A DNA stretch of 58,096 nucleotides from Candidatus Nealsonbacteria bacterium (GCA_030617105.1 JAUWWC010000002.1:1-58096); one strand, 5' to 3'; shown: positions 1 to 10,232, counted from the stretch's first letter. Notes: generated by a model from the letters alone, not told the origin. Numbers and translations: made by a program.

Positions 1-72
1 AACACCAATAATAGCTATTACTACTAATAATTCAATGATGGTAAATGCCCTTTGGTTTTGAGTTTTAAACAT
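1..72 (-). CDS. Type IV pilin/pseudopilin-like protein, N-terminal fragment (gene runs off the window start)
   Basis: Reverse strand has ATG at 72-70, then MFKTQNQRAFTIIELLVVIAIIGV. That is a short basic leader, A|FTIIE, and a hydrophobic helix, which together make a prepilin-type signal. It is missing from the ORF track because the window edge truncates it. Confidence 0.7.
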   Translation of the reverse strand, partial: MFKTQNQRAFTIIELLVVIAIIGV

Positions 73-77
73 CTTTT

Positions 78-102
78 TTGCGTTAAGCCTGGCTTAACGC
101 AA
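78..102. repeat. 25-nt perfect palindrome TTGCGTTAAGC-CTG-GCTTAACGCAA, copy 1 of 3
   Basis: 11-bp arms around a 3-nt centre. The identical sequence recurs at 19935-19959 and 54801-54825. This copy lies 5 nt upstream of the minus-strand ATG at 72. Confidence 0.9.
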
Positions 103-113
103 TATATCATTTG

Positions 114-938
114 TTATTCCTCTGCCAGCAATCCTCTCTCCCTCGCTCCTTTCACGTATAGTTTCCTAATCTGGGCTGAACTTAGGGCACTATCATAAAC
201 TCTAGCTTCATCTATCAATCCATTAAATCTTCTACTAGAACTCTCTCTTCCTATCCTTACCCAATTAGTAGATTCCCCTGTGCCAGTATTAGGTATATTG
301 TTATCCTTTGCGCCATTAATGTAAAAGGTTACCCCATTAGTTTGGTCCCAAGTAACAACAACATGACTCCATTTACCTGTTGGAACTGAATTAGAAGTAG
401 AATAATGGTATCCTTCGCTATTCCACCCATACCAATAAGTTGCTAATCTATTATCGTTATTATGCTGAAAATAGAAACGATCCATTCTAATTATAGGCGC
501 TCTTGAATCAGCAGCTTCATCAGGTTTTATCCAAGCCATAGCGGTTATTTCGGTACTAGGATTAACAGAAATAGTACCAATATATACATCTTCTCCACTT
601 CCGCCATTCCCACTTTCATTAAAACTTAAAGCATAACCCTTTCCGCTTGGGGTGTCGGTGGTAAAGGTGGCGCCGTTGATGGTGCCATCATTTCCATTGC
701 CGCTGGCGTCTCCTGCTGTTCCTCCACTTCCTTCATTGAAATCCCACACTCCTACTGCATAAGCGCCGAGAGCATGATGAATACTGGAACTAAACTGAAG
801 CCCCTTAGCTATTCTGGCTTTTTCCCTGGCACTACCTAAAGCAACTATAATAATACTTGCTATAATCCCAATAATAGCCATTACTACTAATATCTCTATC
901 AGGGTGAAAGATTTTTGCTTTTTCATATTGCTATTCAA
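114..938 (-). CDS. Prepilin-type N-terminal cleavage/methylation domain protein with a LamG (concanavalin A-like lectin) domain
   Basis: N-terminus [23 protein letters not shown] is a class III signal. The C-terminal part has LamG-like motifs ([17 protein letters not shown]; [21 protein letters not shown]). Confidence 0.8.
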   Translation of the reverse strand: MNSNMKKQKSFTLIEILVVMAIIGIIASIIIVALGSAREKARIAKGLQFSSSIHHALGAYAVGVWDFNEGSGGTAGDASGNGNDGTINGATFTTDTPSGKGYALSFNESGNGGSGEDVYIGTISVNPSTEITAMAWIKPDEAADSRAPIIRMDRFYFQHNNDNRLATYWYGWNSEGYHYSTSNSVPTGKWSHVVVTWDQTNGVTFYINGAKDNNIPNTGTGESTNWVRIGRESSSRRFNGLIDEARVYDSALSSAQIRKLYVKGARERGLLAEE

Positions 939-2676
939 TAATCACGCGCAATACTTCCTCCAAGCTCGTTATTCCTCTGGCTGCTTTGATAAACCCATCT
1001 TCAATCATTGTTCTCATGCCTTCTCTTTTAGCTTGTTCTTGAATTTGGTCAGTAGTGGTTCGTTTAACAATTAATTCTTTGATTGTTTCAGTCACATCTA
1101 AAGCCTCAAAGATTCCAATTCTCCCTTGATAGCCTTCAGGACATTCTTTTGAAGGTTTTGGCCTGTAAAATGGAACATTTTTTAAAGTATCTTTAGCTTT
1201 TACTGCCTTCTCTTCTTTTAAAACTTTAAGCATTTCTTCTAAGTCGCAGTAATTGGCTAAGTTTTTCAATTCCGAAGCCTTTAGAAAGTATTTTTCATTC
1301 TCTGGGCAAAGCCGACGTACTAATCTTTGAGCTATAATCACACCTAAGGTTGAAGAGATTAAAAATGGCTCTGCTTTCATATCAACTAATCTAGGAATAG
1401 CTCCAGCAGCATTGGTTGTATGTAAAGTAGATAAAACCAGATGCCCGGTTAAGGCAGCGTTAATAGCTAAACCAGCTGTTTCCTTATCTCTAATTTCACC
1501 AACCATAATAATATCTGGGTCCTGCCTAACTAAAGAACGAAGGCCTGAGGCAAAAGTTAAGCCAATTTTAGCATTAACTTGGGTCTGATTAATCCTTGGC
1601 ATCCTATATTCAATCGGGTCCTCAACAGTGGAAATATTCACTCCTGGAGTATTTAAAATTTCCATCATAGCGTATAAGGTGGTTGTCTTTCCTGAACCAG
1701 TAGGACCAGTAATAAGAATCATGCCTACTGGTTTTTTCAAATTATGGTGAACTCTTTCTAATGCCTCTCCTCTCAAACCTAATGCCTCCAAAGTAAATGC
1801 CTTTGATGTTTCTGGTAAAAGCCGCATTACAATCTTTTCTCCATCAAAAGTTGGTAAAACCGAAACCCGAATAGAATATTTATACTCTCCTGTCTCAATT
1901 TTAAACCTACCATCCTGAGGGAGCCGATGCTCATCTAATTTCAAACGGGAAAGAACCTTAATTCTGGCTACAATTCCTGAACTAACCATCTTTGGCAAAA
2001 CCATAGCATCATGGAGAATGCCATCAATTCTATAGCGGACTACAACTTCTTTTTCTGTTGGTTCAATATGAATATCAGATGCTCTTTGTAAAACTGCATG
2101 CTTAAGCAAAGTGTCTACAATTCTAATTACTGGCAGTTCTTCAGCTACCTTTCTTAAATCTTCTTTCTCTTCTGCTTCCTCTTCTTTAATTGGCCTTATC
2201 CCTCCAGCTTCCTTCTTTATAATCTCTCCGAATTCAGCTTCTAAGGTCTTTTGATATTGCCTTAAAACGTTTTTGATGCTTTTTACTGTTGTCAACCGAG
2301 GTAGAATTTTTAAACCCGCCTTCTTTTTAATAAATTCAATAGTTCTTAAATCTTCAGGATCAAGCATAGCTACCTCTAAATTCCTTCCTTGTTTTTTAAA
2401 AGCAACAATATTATGACTTCTGGCAATTGGCTCTGGGATTATTTTTAAAACATCGGAGGGAATTGTCTCTTTCTCCAGATTAACAAAAGCAACGCCTAAG
2501 ATATATGCCTGTAATTTAGTTAAATCCTCCTGATTAATTAAACCTTCAGCAACTAAAATATCTTCAAGCTTTTTTTTGCTCTTCTTTGCTTTTTTTAAGG
2601 CCTTATCAAGCTGGGCTTTAGTAACCAAACCAGCATCAAGTATAAAAGCTTTTAATTGTTGTTCTTCAACTCTCAT
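931..2676 (-). CDS. pilB: Type IV pilus assembly ATPase (GspE/PilB family)
   Basis: Walker [11 protein letters not shown], an EDPIE Asp box, Walker B-like IIMVGEIRD, a His box [12 protein letters not shown], and N-terminal GSPII_E-like repeats. Overlaps the downstream pilin gene by 8 nt. Confidence 0.9.
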   Translation of the reverse strand: MRVEEQQLKAFILDAGLVTKAQLDKALKKAKKSKKKLEDILVAEGLINQEDLTKLQAYILGVAFVNLEKETIPSDVLKIIPEPIARSHNIVAFKKQGRNLEVAMLDPEDLRTIEFIKKKAGLKILPRLTTVKSIKNVLRQYQKTLEAEFGEIIKKEAGGIRPIKEEEAEEKEDLRKVAEELPVIRIVDTLLKHAVLQRASDIHIEPTEKEVVVRYRIDGILHDAMVLPKMVSSGIVARIKVLSRLKLDEHRLPQDGRFKIETGEYKYSIRVSVLPTFDGEKIVMRLLPETSKAFTLEALGLRGEALERVHHNLKKPVGMILITGPTGSGKTTTLYAMMEILNTPGVNISTVEDPIEYRMPRINQTQVNAKIGLTFASGLRSLVRQDPDIIMVGEIRDKETAGLAINAALTGHLVLSTLHTTNAAGAIPRLVDMKAEPFLISSTLGVIIAQRLVRRLCPENEKYFLKASELKNLANYCDLEEMLKVLKEEKAVKAKDTLKNVPFYRPKPSKECPEGYQGRIGIFEALDVTETIKELIVKRTTTDQIQEQAKREGMRTMIEDGFIKAARGITSLEEVLRVIIE

Positions 2677-2692
2677 AATTTAAAGTTTAGAT

Positions 2693-3061
2693 TTATTCAC
2701 CGAGGACTTTCTTAAGCTTTTCTATTACTTCCTCTATTGCATACTTGGTCTTGACTAAATAGGTTTTTGCTCCTAATTCAATAGCTTTTTCCACATCTTC
2801 CATTTTTTCAAGATTGGTCAAAATAATCACTGGAATTTCTTCTGTTTCTGGATTGCCTTTCAATTCCTTTAAAACTTCAAATCCATGCATCCTTGGCAAA
2901 ACAAGGTCAAGCAAGATTAAATCCGGCTTCTCACTTTTGGCTAATCTTAATCCTATTTCTCCATCCAAAGCGCTAATCACTTTGTAGCCTCGTTGGGTCA
3001 GAATATCTTCAAATGTTTTTTGAAGAGTTGACTCGTCTTCAATAAAGAGTATTTTCTTCAT
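2693..3061 (-). CDS. Stand-alone response regulator receiver (CheY-like)
   Basis: Has IEDE, then DLILLDLVLP (phospho-acceptor Asp), then ILTN..K. At 122 aa there is no output domain. Confidence 0.85.
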   Translation of the reverse strand: MKKILFIEDESTLQKTFEDILTQRGYKVISALDGEIGLRLAKSEKPDLILLDLVLPRMHGFEVLKELKGNPETEEIPVIILTNLEKMEDVEKAIELGAKTYLVKTKYAIEEVIEKLKKVLGE

Positions 3062-3079
3062 ATATTTGATTTTAGTTAA

Positions 3080-4024
3080 TTATTTAATTGGTAATCTAAT
3101 AAAAAATGTTGTTCCTTTTCCTAATTTAGACTTAAACCAAATTTGTCCTCCTGACCTATCAATAATTGATTTACAAACATACAATCCCAAGCCGCTTCCT
3201 CTGGTGCGTTCTTTTAAGATATTTTCAGCCCTAAAAAACTTCTGGAAAATATACTTTTGCTCTTCTTGAGGAATACCAACACCTGAATCTTTTATAGCAA
3301 AAAGCACTTTATCTTTTTCTTTACTAAGCATAATTTCTACTTTGCCTCCGCCTTTTGTGTAACGGATAGCATTATCTATAAGGTTTTCAATTACAATCTT
3401 TAAAAAAGATGAGTCAGCTATAATATTAGGCAGATTTTCCTCAGAATAGAATTTTAACTCAATGCGTGATGACTCGGCAAAAACTTTGTATCTTTCAACT
3501 AAATCATTTACCAAATGCTGTAAAGAAATCTCTCTTTTTGCTATGGAAAAAGCCCCCTGTTCAACCTTAGAAACGATTAACAAATCATCAATTAATTCTA
3601 CCATCCGAGCAATGTTTTCTTTTACATTAACAAAATATTCTTCCTGTTTTTCTGAGGGAATTTTAAAATCTTCCGAAGATAAAACCTCAAAAGTCCATTT
3701 TATATTGGTTAAAGGAGAACGTAATTGATGGGATACAATATTAATAAACTCTGATTTCATTTGAGAAGCCTCAGCTAATCTTTCAAAACTTCTGGTTATG
3801 ATAAAGGCAATAATGAATAAAACTGTAGTAACAGCAAGAACAATAGAAACTACTATTTCTGGCTTAACTATGTAACGGCTCCCAATTAGATAAGAAATAA
3901 TTGAAGCCAGAATAATAACAACCCCCATTACCAGAAAAAGAAACTGTGGACACTGCCAAACAGAAACTCCATAACGTCTGCACTGAGCAATAATATTCAA
4001 TTGAGCAGTAATCTTCTTGAACAT
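3080..4024 (-). CDS. Sensor histidine kinase (HisKA + HATPase_c) with two N-terminal TM helices
   Basis: H-box FINIVSHQLRSPL, N-box NLIDNAIRYT, G-boxes DSGVGI and GSGLGL. Lies directly upstream of the receiver gene. Confidence 0.9.
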   Translation of the reverse strand: MFKKITAQLNIIAQCRRYGVSVWQCPQFLFLVMGVVIILASIISYLIGSRYIVKPEIVVSIVLAVTTVLFIIAFIITRSFERLAEASQMKSEFINIVSHQLRSPLTNIKWTFEVLSSEDFKIPSEKQEEYFVNVKENIARMVELIDDLLIVSKVEQGAFSIAKREISLQHLVNDLVERYKVFAESSRIELKFYSEENLPNIIADSSFLKIVIENLIDNAIRYTKGGGKVEIMLSKEKDKVLFAIKDSGVGIPQEEQKYIFQKFFRAENILKERTRGSGLGLYVCKSIIDRSGGQIWFKSKLGKGTTFFIRLPIK

Positions 4025-4113
4025 TGTAGTATTATTAGTATTATACCATTATACTATAAATCAACAAAGATTGACTACAAGGAGAAACTTTGCTATATTT
4101 AAAGAAGCATAAA

Positions 4114-4184
4114 CGGGGTATAGTGTAACGGTAGCACGAGTCCTTTGGGAGGATTTATTCTCGGTTCGAATCCGAGTACCCCGA
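4114..4184 (+). tRNA. tRNA-Pro (anticodon TGG), no encoded CCA
   Basis: Acceptor CGGGGTA/TACCCCG, anticodon arm AGTCC-TTTGGGA-GGATT, T-loop TTCGAAT. Confidence 0.85.
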
Positions 4185-4186
4185 CT

Positions 4187-4261
4187 GCGGGTGTCGTATA
4201 GTGGCTATTATATTTGCTTTCCAAGCAAAGGATGTGGGTTCGACTCCCATCACCCGCTCCA
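4187..4261 (+). tRNA. tRNA-Gly (anticodon TCC), CCA encoded
   Basis: Acceptor GCGGGTG/CACCCGC, anticodon arm TTTGC-TTTCCAA-GCAAA, T-loop TTCGACT, 3' TCCA. Confidence 0.85.
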
Positions 4262-4599
4262 TGTCTAAAAAAGTGAGAAAATTCATTTTCCCAGGACTGG
4301 CTTTAATAGCTTCTTTTTATGCTTCGGTTGCATTTGCCATTGGCGGAATCATTGGCTATATTTGCACAACTCTTTTTCATAGAAAAATAAAAGAGAGAAA
4401 AGGCAAAATAAAAGAAATACATTTATCTTTTTGGAAATGGAATATACATCTTCATCATTGGATAATGGGTGGATTAGCAATTCTTTTCACTTATTTATTC
4501 TCATCCTTATCAATTTTCTGGATAGGTATTTTCGGTGGTCTGATATTCCATGATATTCACACAGATAAAAAGTGGTATAAAGTTATACAACGAAGATAA
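4261..4599 (+). CDS. Small membrane protein (3 predicted TM helices), unknown function
   Basis: The track ORF 4201-4599 overlaps tRNA-Gly, so I start at the internal ATG at 4261 (MSKKVRKFIFPGLALIASF...). A strong terminator follows. Confidence 0.5.
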   Translation: MSKKVRKFIFPGLALIASFYASVAFAIGGIIGYICTTLFHRKIKERKGKIKEIHLSFWKWNIHLHHWIMGGLAILFTYLFSSLSIFWIGIFGGLIFHDIHTDKKWYKVIQRR

Positions 4600-4607
4600 A
4601 ACAAACT

Positions 4608-4641
4608 AAAAACCCCGTCTCAAAATGAGACGGGGTTTTTT
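4608..4641. terminator. Bidirectional intrinsic terminator
   Basis: AAAAA-CCCCGTCTC-aaaatg-AGACGGGG-TTTTTT between convergent genes. Confidence 0.85.
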
Positions 4642-4650
4642 AATTACGAA

Positions 4651-6180
4651 TTACCGAGCGTATTCCACTACTCTGTTTTCTCTAATTACAGTTACTTTTA
4701 TTTCACCAGGATATCTTAATTCTTCTTGAATTCTATTGCCAACTTCTCGAGCTAATCTCTTTGCTCCTAAATCATCTATTTCTTCTGGTTTAACAAAAAT
4801 CCGAATCTCTCTGCCTGCCTGAATAGCATAGGCCTTGGCAACCCCGGAAAAAGAGGTAGCAATTCCTTCAAGTTCTTCTAATCTTTTGAGATAGTTCTCA
4901 AGGGTATCTTTTCTTGCTCCTGGTCTAGCGCCTGAAATCTGGTCAGCTGCCTGAACTAAAACTGCTTCCAAGGTCTCAGCTGGATATTCTTCGTGATGTG
5001 ACTTCATAGCATCAATCACTTCTTTTTCCACACCGAACTTTTCTAAAATCTTCATTCCAATATCAGTGTGAGAACCTTGAATCTGGTGGTCAACTGACTT
5101 GCCAATATCATGAACCAGGCCCGCCTTTCTGGTTATTGCTGAATTGGCTCCTAATTCTGAAGCTAAAGCAGCAGCTAAGTGAGAAACTTCAATTGAGTGA
5201 AGTAAAACATTCTGGCCATAACTTGTTCTGAAACGTAATCTTCCTAAAAGCTGAATTATTTTAGGATCAAGGCCAACTATTCCAGTATCATAAACTGCTT
5301 TCTCCCCTGCTTCTTTTATCTGAGAAACAATATCTGATTCTACTTTCTGAACTGTCTCCTCAATTCTGGCTGGTTGGATTCTGCCGTCTTGAATTAACTT
5401 TTCCAAAGCAGTTTTGGCAATTTGTCTACGGATAGGATCAAAACCGGAAATCATTACAATCTCAGGTGTTTCATCCACAACTACTTCTACGCCAGTTAAT
5501 TTCTCTAAAGCCCTAATATTTCTTCCTTCTTTCCCAATAATTCTTCCTTTGATATCTTCGTTTGGAAGACTAACTGTAGTAGTAGTTAATTCTTGAGCCT
5601 GAGAAAGAGCGCATTTCTGAATAGCTAAAGCCAGTATTTCTTTGGCTTTTTTCTCATACTTCTCAAAACCAGCTTGCTCTATTTTTCTTATTTTCTCTAA
5701 AATTTCTTGCTGATATTCTTTTTCAAGATTCTCTAATAATTCTTTTTTTGCTTCCTGTTTAGAAAGATTGGAAACCCTTTCTAGATCTTTAAGAGATTGC
5801 TGCCTTAAGTCTTCCAAGCTTGCCTTTATCTCTCTAAGTTTTTTTACTTTCTGACGAAACTCTTTTTCTTTTTCTTCTAAATTTGAAATCCTCTCTGTTA
5901 AGATATTCTCTCTCTTTAGTGAAAGTTTTTGCGCTTTAAAGATTTCCTGACGTTGGCTCCCAACATCTCCTTTTGCCTTATGATAGTATTGCTCTGCTTT
6001 TTCTTTAGCTTTTGAAATTATCTCATCAGCATCTTTTTTGACTTGAGTAATCTTCTTTTGAAGAGTTATTTCTATGGTGTCTGCTCTTTTCCTGGCAATT
6101 GACTGACGGGCAAAATAACCCAAAACAGCTCCTATTGCCAAAGCAAGCAGACCCACTATAAGTAGGATTAAATAATACAT
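4651..6180 (-). CDS. rny: Ribonuclease Y
   Basis: N-terminal TM helix, long coiled coil, KH domain (IGKEGRNIRALE), and HD domain (HSIEVSHLA..LVHDIGK). Confidence 0.9.
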   Translation of the reverse strand: MYYLILLIVGLLALAIGAVLGYFARQSIARKRADTIEITLQKKITQVKKDADEIISKAKEKAEQYYHKAKGDVGSQRQEIFKAQKLSLKRENILTERISNLEEKEKEFRQKVKKLREIKASLEDLRQQSLKDLERVSNLSKQEAKKELLENLEKEYQQEILEKIRKIEQAGFEKYEKKAKEILALAIQKCALSQAQELTTTTVSLPNEDIKGRIIGKEGRNIRALEKLTGVEVVVDETPEIVMISGFDPIRRQIAKTALEKLIQDGRIQPARIEETVQKVESDIVSQIKEAGEKAVYDTGIVGLDPKIIQLLGRLRFRTSYGQNVLLHSIEVSHLAAALASELGANSAITRKAGLVHDIGKSVDHQIQGSHTDIGMKILEKFGVEKEVIDAMKSHHEEYPAETLEAVLVQAADQISGARPGARKDTLENYLKRLEELEGIATSFSGVAKAYAIQAGREIRIFVKPEEIDDLGAKRLAREVGNRIQEELRYPGEIKVTVIRENRVVEYAR

Positions 6181-6319
6181 ATTTCAAAATAAGAAATTGA
6201 TTATTAAACATGTTGCTTTAAACAAAATTTAAATAAACCAAAATTCTGAATTAATTGTTTTCTATAAACTATTCTAACAAACTTTCCAAATTTTTGCAAG
6301 TATAAATAAAAAAAGGCTC

Positions 6320-6529
6320 TCAAGATGGAGCCCTTTTCTTCCTATAGAAAATATGATAAGGCATATAACCTATGGGAAACCAAAAAACAAGTGCTAAAAT
6401 AACCACTAAAATCCAAGATGAAAAATAAACTAAGCTGCTCTCTGGTTTAAGAAGCGCTTCAACAAGTACTGCAATAAATCCAGCAAAAAAAACTAACCAC
6501 CCAAGCCAAATTCTTGTTTTTCTAGTCAT
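6320..6529 (-). CDS. Small membrane protein, unknown function
   Basis: 69 aa with two hydrophobic helices. No recognisable motif. Confidence 0.4.
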   Translation of the reverse strand: MTRKTRIWLGWLVFFAGFIAVLVEALLKPESSLVYFSSWILVVILALVFWFPIGYMPYHIFYRKKRAPS

Positions 6530-6579
6530 TTTGAAATTCCTTTCAATTATTTGATTGTTAAGTTACTATGTTTAAATTT

Positions 6580-7179
6580 TTATTTCGCTCCTATCACTTC
6601 ATCAATGATTCCATATTCTTTAGCTTCCTGGGCTGATAAGTAAAAATCTCGATCAGTGTCTTTTTCTACTTTTTCCAATGATTGACCAGTATGTTTTGCT
6701 ATAATCTGATTTAATTTGTTTTTAATTTTAATAATCTGCTTGGCAGTAATCTCAATCTCTACTGCCTGACCTGTAACTCCTCCTGCTATTTGATGAAGCA
6801 AAACTTCAGTATTAGGCAAAGCAAAACGTTTGCCTCTTTCTCCAGCAGCTAATAGAACAGCGCCCATTGAACCAGCTAAGCCAAAACAAATAGTATCAAT
6901 CGGGCATTTAATATACCGCATAGTATCGTAAATTGCCAAACCAGCGGTAACAGAACCTCCTGGGGTATTGACATATAGCTGGATGTCTTTTTTGGGATCC
7001 TCGCTAGCTAAAAAGAGCATCTGGGCAATAACTAAATTAGCCAATGTATCAGTAATTGGCCCGGCTAAAAAAATAATTCTTTCTTTTAGCAATCTTGAAT
7101 AAATATCGTAAGCTCTTTCTCCATGTTTTGTTTTTTCTAAAACAGTTGGAATAAGATTCATATTATTAAAAGTTTTCAA
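6580..7179 (-). CDS. clpP: ATP-dependent Clp protease proteolytic subunit
   Basis: [18 protein letters not shown], catalytic-Ser context [14 protein letters not shown], and HQIAGG. Confidence 0.95.
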   Translation of the reverse strand: MKTFNNMNLIPTVLEKTKHGERAYDIYSRLLKERIIFLAGPITDTLANLVIAQMLFLASEDPKKDIQLYVNTPGGSVTAGLAIYDTMRYIKCPIDTICFGLAGSMGAVLLAAGERGKRFALPNTEVLLHQIAGGVTGQAVEIEITAKQIIKIKNKLNQIIAKHTGQSLEKVEKDTDRDFYLSAQEAKEYGIIDEVIGAK

Positions 7180-8299
7180 GTAATTGAAATATTTTCTCTA
7201 TTTTCTCTGCTTCTTGAGTATACTCCTTTATTTCCTTGGAGTCAAGTTCTCTCTTGCCAATCTCTCTTAATATTAAGAAGCTTTTTACTTTTTTCTGAGC
7301 TTGGGGAAGAAAGGAATCCATTAATTCCTTTTCTGTCTTTCCCAGTTTCTTTAAATAATCATGAAAAGGGATTTTTAATCTTTCAGAAACCATTTTTTTA
7401 AGATTCTCCAAGGTCTGTTTTTGTTCGTTTGTAATTAAAGCATCCGGGATTTCAACTTTTGTTTTCTCGCTTATTCTCTGTAAAATCTCCTGTCTTGCTC
7501 TTATGCGCTCTGCCTGTTCTTTTTCTAAAACAAGGCCTTGTTTAATGTTCTTTTTAAGAGCGTCTAAATTCTCAAGCTTAGCTGCACTTTTGGCAAATTC
7601 ATCATTAATTTCAGCAAGTTCTACATTTTGAACTGAAATTACTTTAAGCTTAAGAATAATGTCTTTACCATCTTTGCTTAAAGTAATGTTTTCTTTTTCC
7701 TGTCCAGCTCTCATTCCAATAATTTCTTGCTCAAACCCAGGAAGAAAATGACCCTGTCCTAAAATAAAAGTATCTTTCCTTCCTAAATATTCAATTTCCA
7801 CAAAATCTCCTTTTTGAGCTGGCTGGTTTTTTACAGTAAGTTTTGCCCTTGATTTCTGGAGCCATGCCAAAGCAGTTTCAACTTCTTTATCCTCCACCTT
7901 AATTTCTCTCCTTTTAACCTTAGAAGCAATCTTTTTGTAATCAGGCAGCTTTATCTCTGGTAAAACTGCTGTTTTAGCTGAGAATATAAAAGGATTTCCC
8001 TGTGCTAATTTCTTAATTTCAATTTTTGGCTGAAATATAGCTTCAATTTTATTCTCCAAAACTACCTTCCTATAATTCTCTTCAACTGTCAAATTAGCAG
8101 CTTCAACTAATATTTTTTCTGAGCCAACGTGCTCTTCAATGATTTCTTTTGGCGCCTTGCCTTTTCTAAAACCCTTAATCTCTAAATCCTTGCCTAAATT
8201 CAAAGTCGCTTTTTCAATAAAGCGACTAAACTCTTGAGCAGGCACCTCAATCTCAAGCTCAATTTGAGATTGAGGTAATTTATTAACCTTTACCTGCAT
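7166..8299 (-). CDS. tig: Trigger factor (short form)
   Basis: N-terminal ribosome-binding signature GFRKGKAP. Sits upstream of clpP, the classical tig-clpP order. Confidence 0.85.
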   Translation of the reverse strand: MQVKVNKLPQSQIELEIEVPAQEFSRFIEKATLNLGKDLEIKGFRKGKAPKEIIEEHVGSEKILVEAANLTVEENYRKVVLENKIEAIFQPKIEIKKLAQGNPFIFSAKTAVLPEIKLPDYKKIASKVKRREIKVEDKEVETALAWLQKSRAKLTVKNQPAQKGDFVEIEYLGRKDTFILGQGHFLPGFEQEIIGMRAGQEKENITLSKDGKDIILKLKVISVQNVELAEINDEFAKSAAKLENLDALKKNIKQGLVLEKEQAERIRARQEILQRISEKTKVEIPDALITNEQKQTLENLKKMVSERLKIPFHDYLKKLGKTEKELMDSFLPQAQKKVKSFLILREIGKRELDSKEIKEYTQEAEKIEKIFQLLENF

Positions 8300-8825
8300 A
8301 TTTCTTCACTGCTTTCTTAATTATCTCCTTGGCTTTTTCTTTTCCTTCCCAACCCTTTATTTTAACAAACTTGTATTTTTCTTTCTCCAACTTCTTATAA
8401 TCAGCGAAGAAAGTTTCTATTTCTTTTTTAAGATGTTCCTCAAGGTCTTCTATTTTCTGAATCTCCTTAAATCGAGGATCAACTTTTTCTAAAGGGACAG
8501 CCACAACTTTATTATCAATTCCTGCTTCGTCTTGCATTAAAAGCACTCCTATTGGACGAGCCGAAATAACGCATCCTGGAAAGGTGGAATAAGTAGTAAG
8601 AAGAACAACATCTAATGAATCGCCGTCTTCAGATATTGTCTGTGGAATAAAACCATATTCAAATGGAAAAAACATAGAGGAATAAAGCGTCCTGTCTAAT
8701 TTAAAATATCCTTTATCTTTTTCATATTCATATTTATTTTCTGAACCCTTAGGAATATCTACTACTACATTAATTTTGTCTGGTGGATTTTCTCCAGAAG
8801 GGATATCCCTAAATAAATTAGTCAT
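8283..8825 (-). CDS. ppa: Inorganic pyrophosphatase (family I)
   Basis: IPKGSENKYEYEK, YGFIPQT, DGDSLDVVLL. Confidence 0.9.
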   Translation of the reverse strand: MTNLFRDIPSGENPPDKINVVVDIPKGSENKYEYEKDKGYFKLDRTLYSSMFFPFEYGFIPQTISEDGDSLDVVLLTTYSTFPGCVISARPIGVLLMQDEAGIDNKVVAVPLEKVDPRFKEIQKIEDLEEHLKKEIETFFADYKKLEKEKYKFVKIKGWEGKEKAKEIIKKAVKKYAGKG

Positions 8826-8848
8826 AATATAAAATATGTTAATTTAAG

Positions 8849-8877
8849 ATTATATGTTTATTACCTTAGCGAATCAA
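8849..8877 (-). promoter_or_regulatory. Sigma70-like promoter upstream of ppa (TTGATT-N17-TATAAT)
   Basis: Read on the minus strand. It is part of an ~80-nt element that recurs at 41528-41607. Confidence 0.5.
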
Positions 8878-8900
8878 GGTTCTCGCCGAAGGCGAGGTTC

Positions 8901-10124
8901 TTATTTTGATTTCTTCTCGACCTTTTCTTTTTTTGCTTTTGTTTTCTTCTCCTTCTTTTCTTCCTTTGGTTTTTCTTTCTTGCCCTTTTCCTCTTCTTCT
9001 TTTTTCTCTTCTCCTCCTTCTGCACTTCTTACATCTATTTTCCAACCAGTGAGTTTAGCTGCTAATCTCACATTCTGGCCCTCTTTACCAATAGCTAAAG
9101 ACAATTGGTCTTCAGGAACTAAGCAAAGGGCTTTGCCTTTTGGCATAATTTTTACTTCCAAAACCTTGGCTGGAGAAAGAGAGTTAGCAATAAATTCTTC
9201 TGAATTATCAGAATATTCAATAATATCAATCTTTTCTCCTCCTAACTCGTTTATTATTGCCATTACTCTTGTTCCGCGTTGTCCAACCGCACTCCCAATT
9301 GGATCAATACCTTCTTCTTTTGATTCTACAGCAATCTTTGAACGAGCACCTGGCTCTCTGGCGATTGATTTAATCACTACTTGACCTTGAGAAATCTCTG
9401 GAACTTCTAATTCAAAAAGCTTAGAAACTAATTTTGGATAAGCGCGGGATAAAAACACAGCAGGTCCTTTTGGAGTATCCTCAACTTTAAGAATGTAAAA
9501 CTTTAATCTCTGGCCTGGTTTATAGAATTCTGCAAAGATTTGCTCTTCTTTTGGCAAAATCCCTAATGTCTTTCCAATATCAACGAAGATATTTCTTCCT
9601 TCTACTCTCTGGATAATGCCAGAGACAATCTCTCCTTCTTTTGACTTGTACTCATCAAAGATTGTTTCTCTTTCTGCTTCTCTAATCTTCTGCAAAATCA
9701 CTTGCTTTGCTGTTTGAGCAGCTATACGGCCATAATCCTTTTTGGCTTGCAAAGGAAGCTCTAGTTCTTGTTCTGGTTTAATGCTTGATTTTTTCTTCTT
9801 TGCCTCCTTTAACATAATATGTCTTTCCGGGTTAAAACGGATTTTCCTGTCTTCTTCCTTTTCTTCTTTCTGCTCCTCTTTCAATTTCTCCAATTCCTGT
9901 TCAGAGTAAATCATATCTTCAGTAACCACTAACTTTATTTGCCAAAACTTAGCTTTTCCTGTTTTAGGATCAAGCTTTGCTTTAATGAGCTGGCCTTTTT
10001 CACCATAATCCTTTTTATAGGCAGCTGCTATTGCTGTTTCAATGCTCTCAATCACTTTTTCCGCAGCAATCCCCTTTTCTTCAGCAATTTGAGAAATCGC
10101 TGATGTAAAATTCTTCATGTCCAT
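8901..10124 (-). CDS. nusA: Transcription termination/antitermination factor NusA with a Lys/Glu-rich C-terminal tail
   Basis: N-terminal NusA domain, S1-like region (GEIVSGIIQRVE), two KH regions (IGSAVGQRGTRV; AIGKEGQNVRLA). Confidence 0.9.
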   Translation of the reverse strand: MDMKNFTSAISQIAEEKGIAAEKVIESIETAIAAAYKKDYGEKGQLIKAKLDPKTGKAKFWQIKLVVTEDMIYSEQELEKLKEEQKEEKEEDRKIRFNPERHIMLKEAKKKKSSIKPEQELELPLQAKKDYGRIAAQTAKQVILQKIREAERETIFDEYKSKEGEIVSGIIQRVEGRNIFVDIGKTLGILPKEEQIFAEFYKPGQRLKFYILKVEDTPKGPAVFLSRAYPKLVSKLFELEVPEISQGQVVIKSIAREPGARSKIAVESKEEGIDPIGSAVGQRGTRVMAIINELGGEKIDIIEYSDNSEEFIANSLSPAKVLEVKIMPKGKALCLVPEDQLSLAIGKEGQNVRLAAKLTGWKIDVRSAEGGEEKKEEEEKGKKEKPKEEKKEKKTKAKKEKVEKKSK

Positions 10125-10232
10125 AGTTTTAAAAAAGTCCGTTTTCCAACGGACAAATAATCATTATCTTCCTTACTAATTTCATCCTATCAAAACAGAA
10201 CTCTTTGTCAACCCCCATGAACTTCTTTTTGT

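Noticed and set aside
4201-4260. N-terminal 20 codons of track ORF 4201-4599.
   Set aside because: They coincide exactly with tRNA-Gly(TCC). The plausible start is the ATG at 4261.
8854-9384. Long antisense ORFs in the track (e.g. 8854-9384, 3066-3269, 3462-3728, 5414-5596, 22225-22557, 24908-25273, 25709-26170, 26550-26894, 27238-27897, 27402-27890, 27890-28198, 32214-32621, 37663-38061, 39684-40001).
   Set aside because: All lie opposite confidently identified genes. Their products are low-complexity, S/F/L-rich translations typical of shadow frames in AT-rich, K/E-rich coding DNA.
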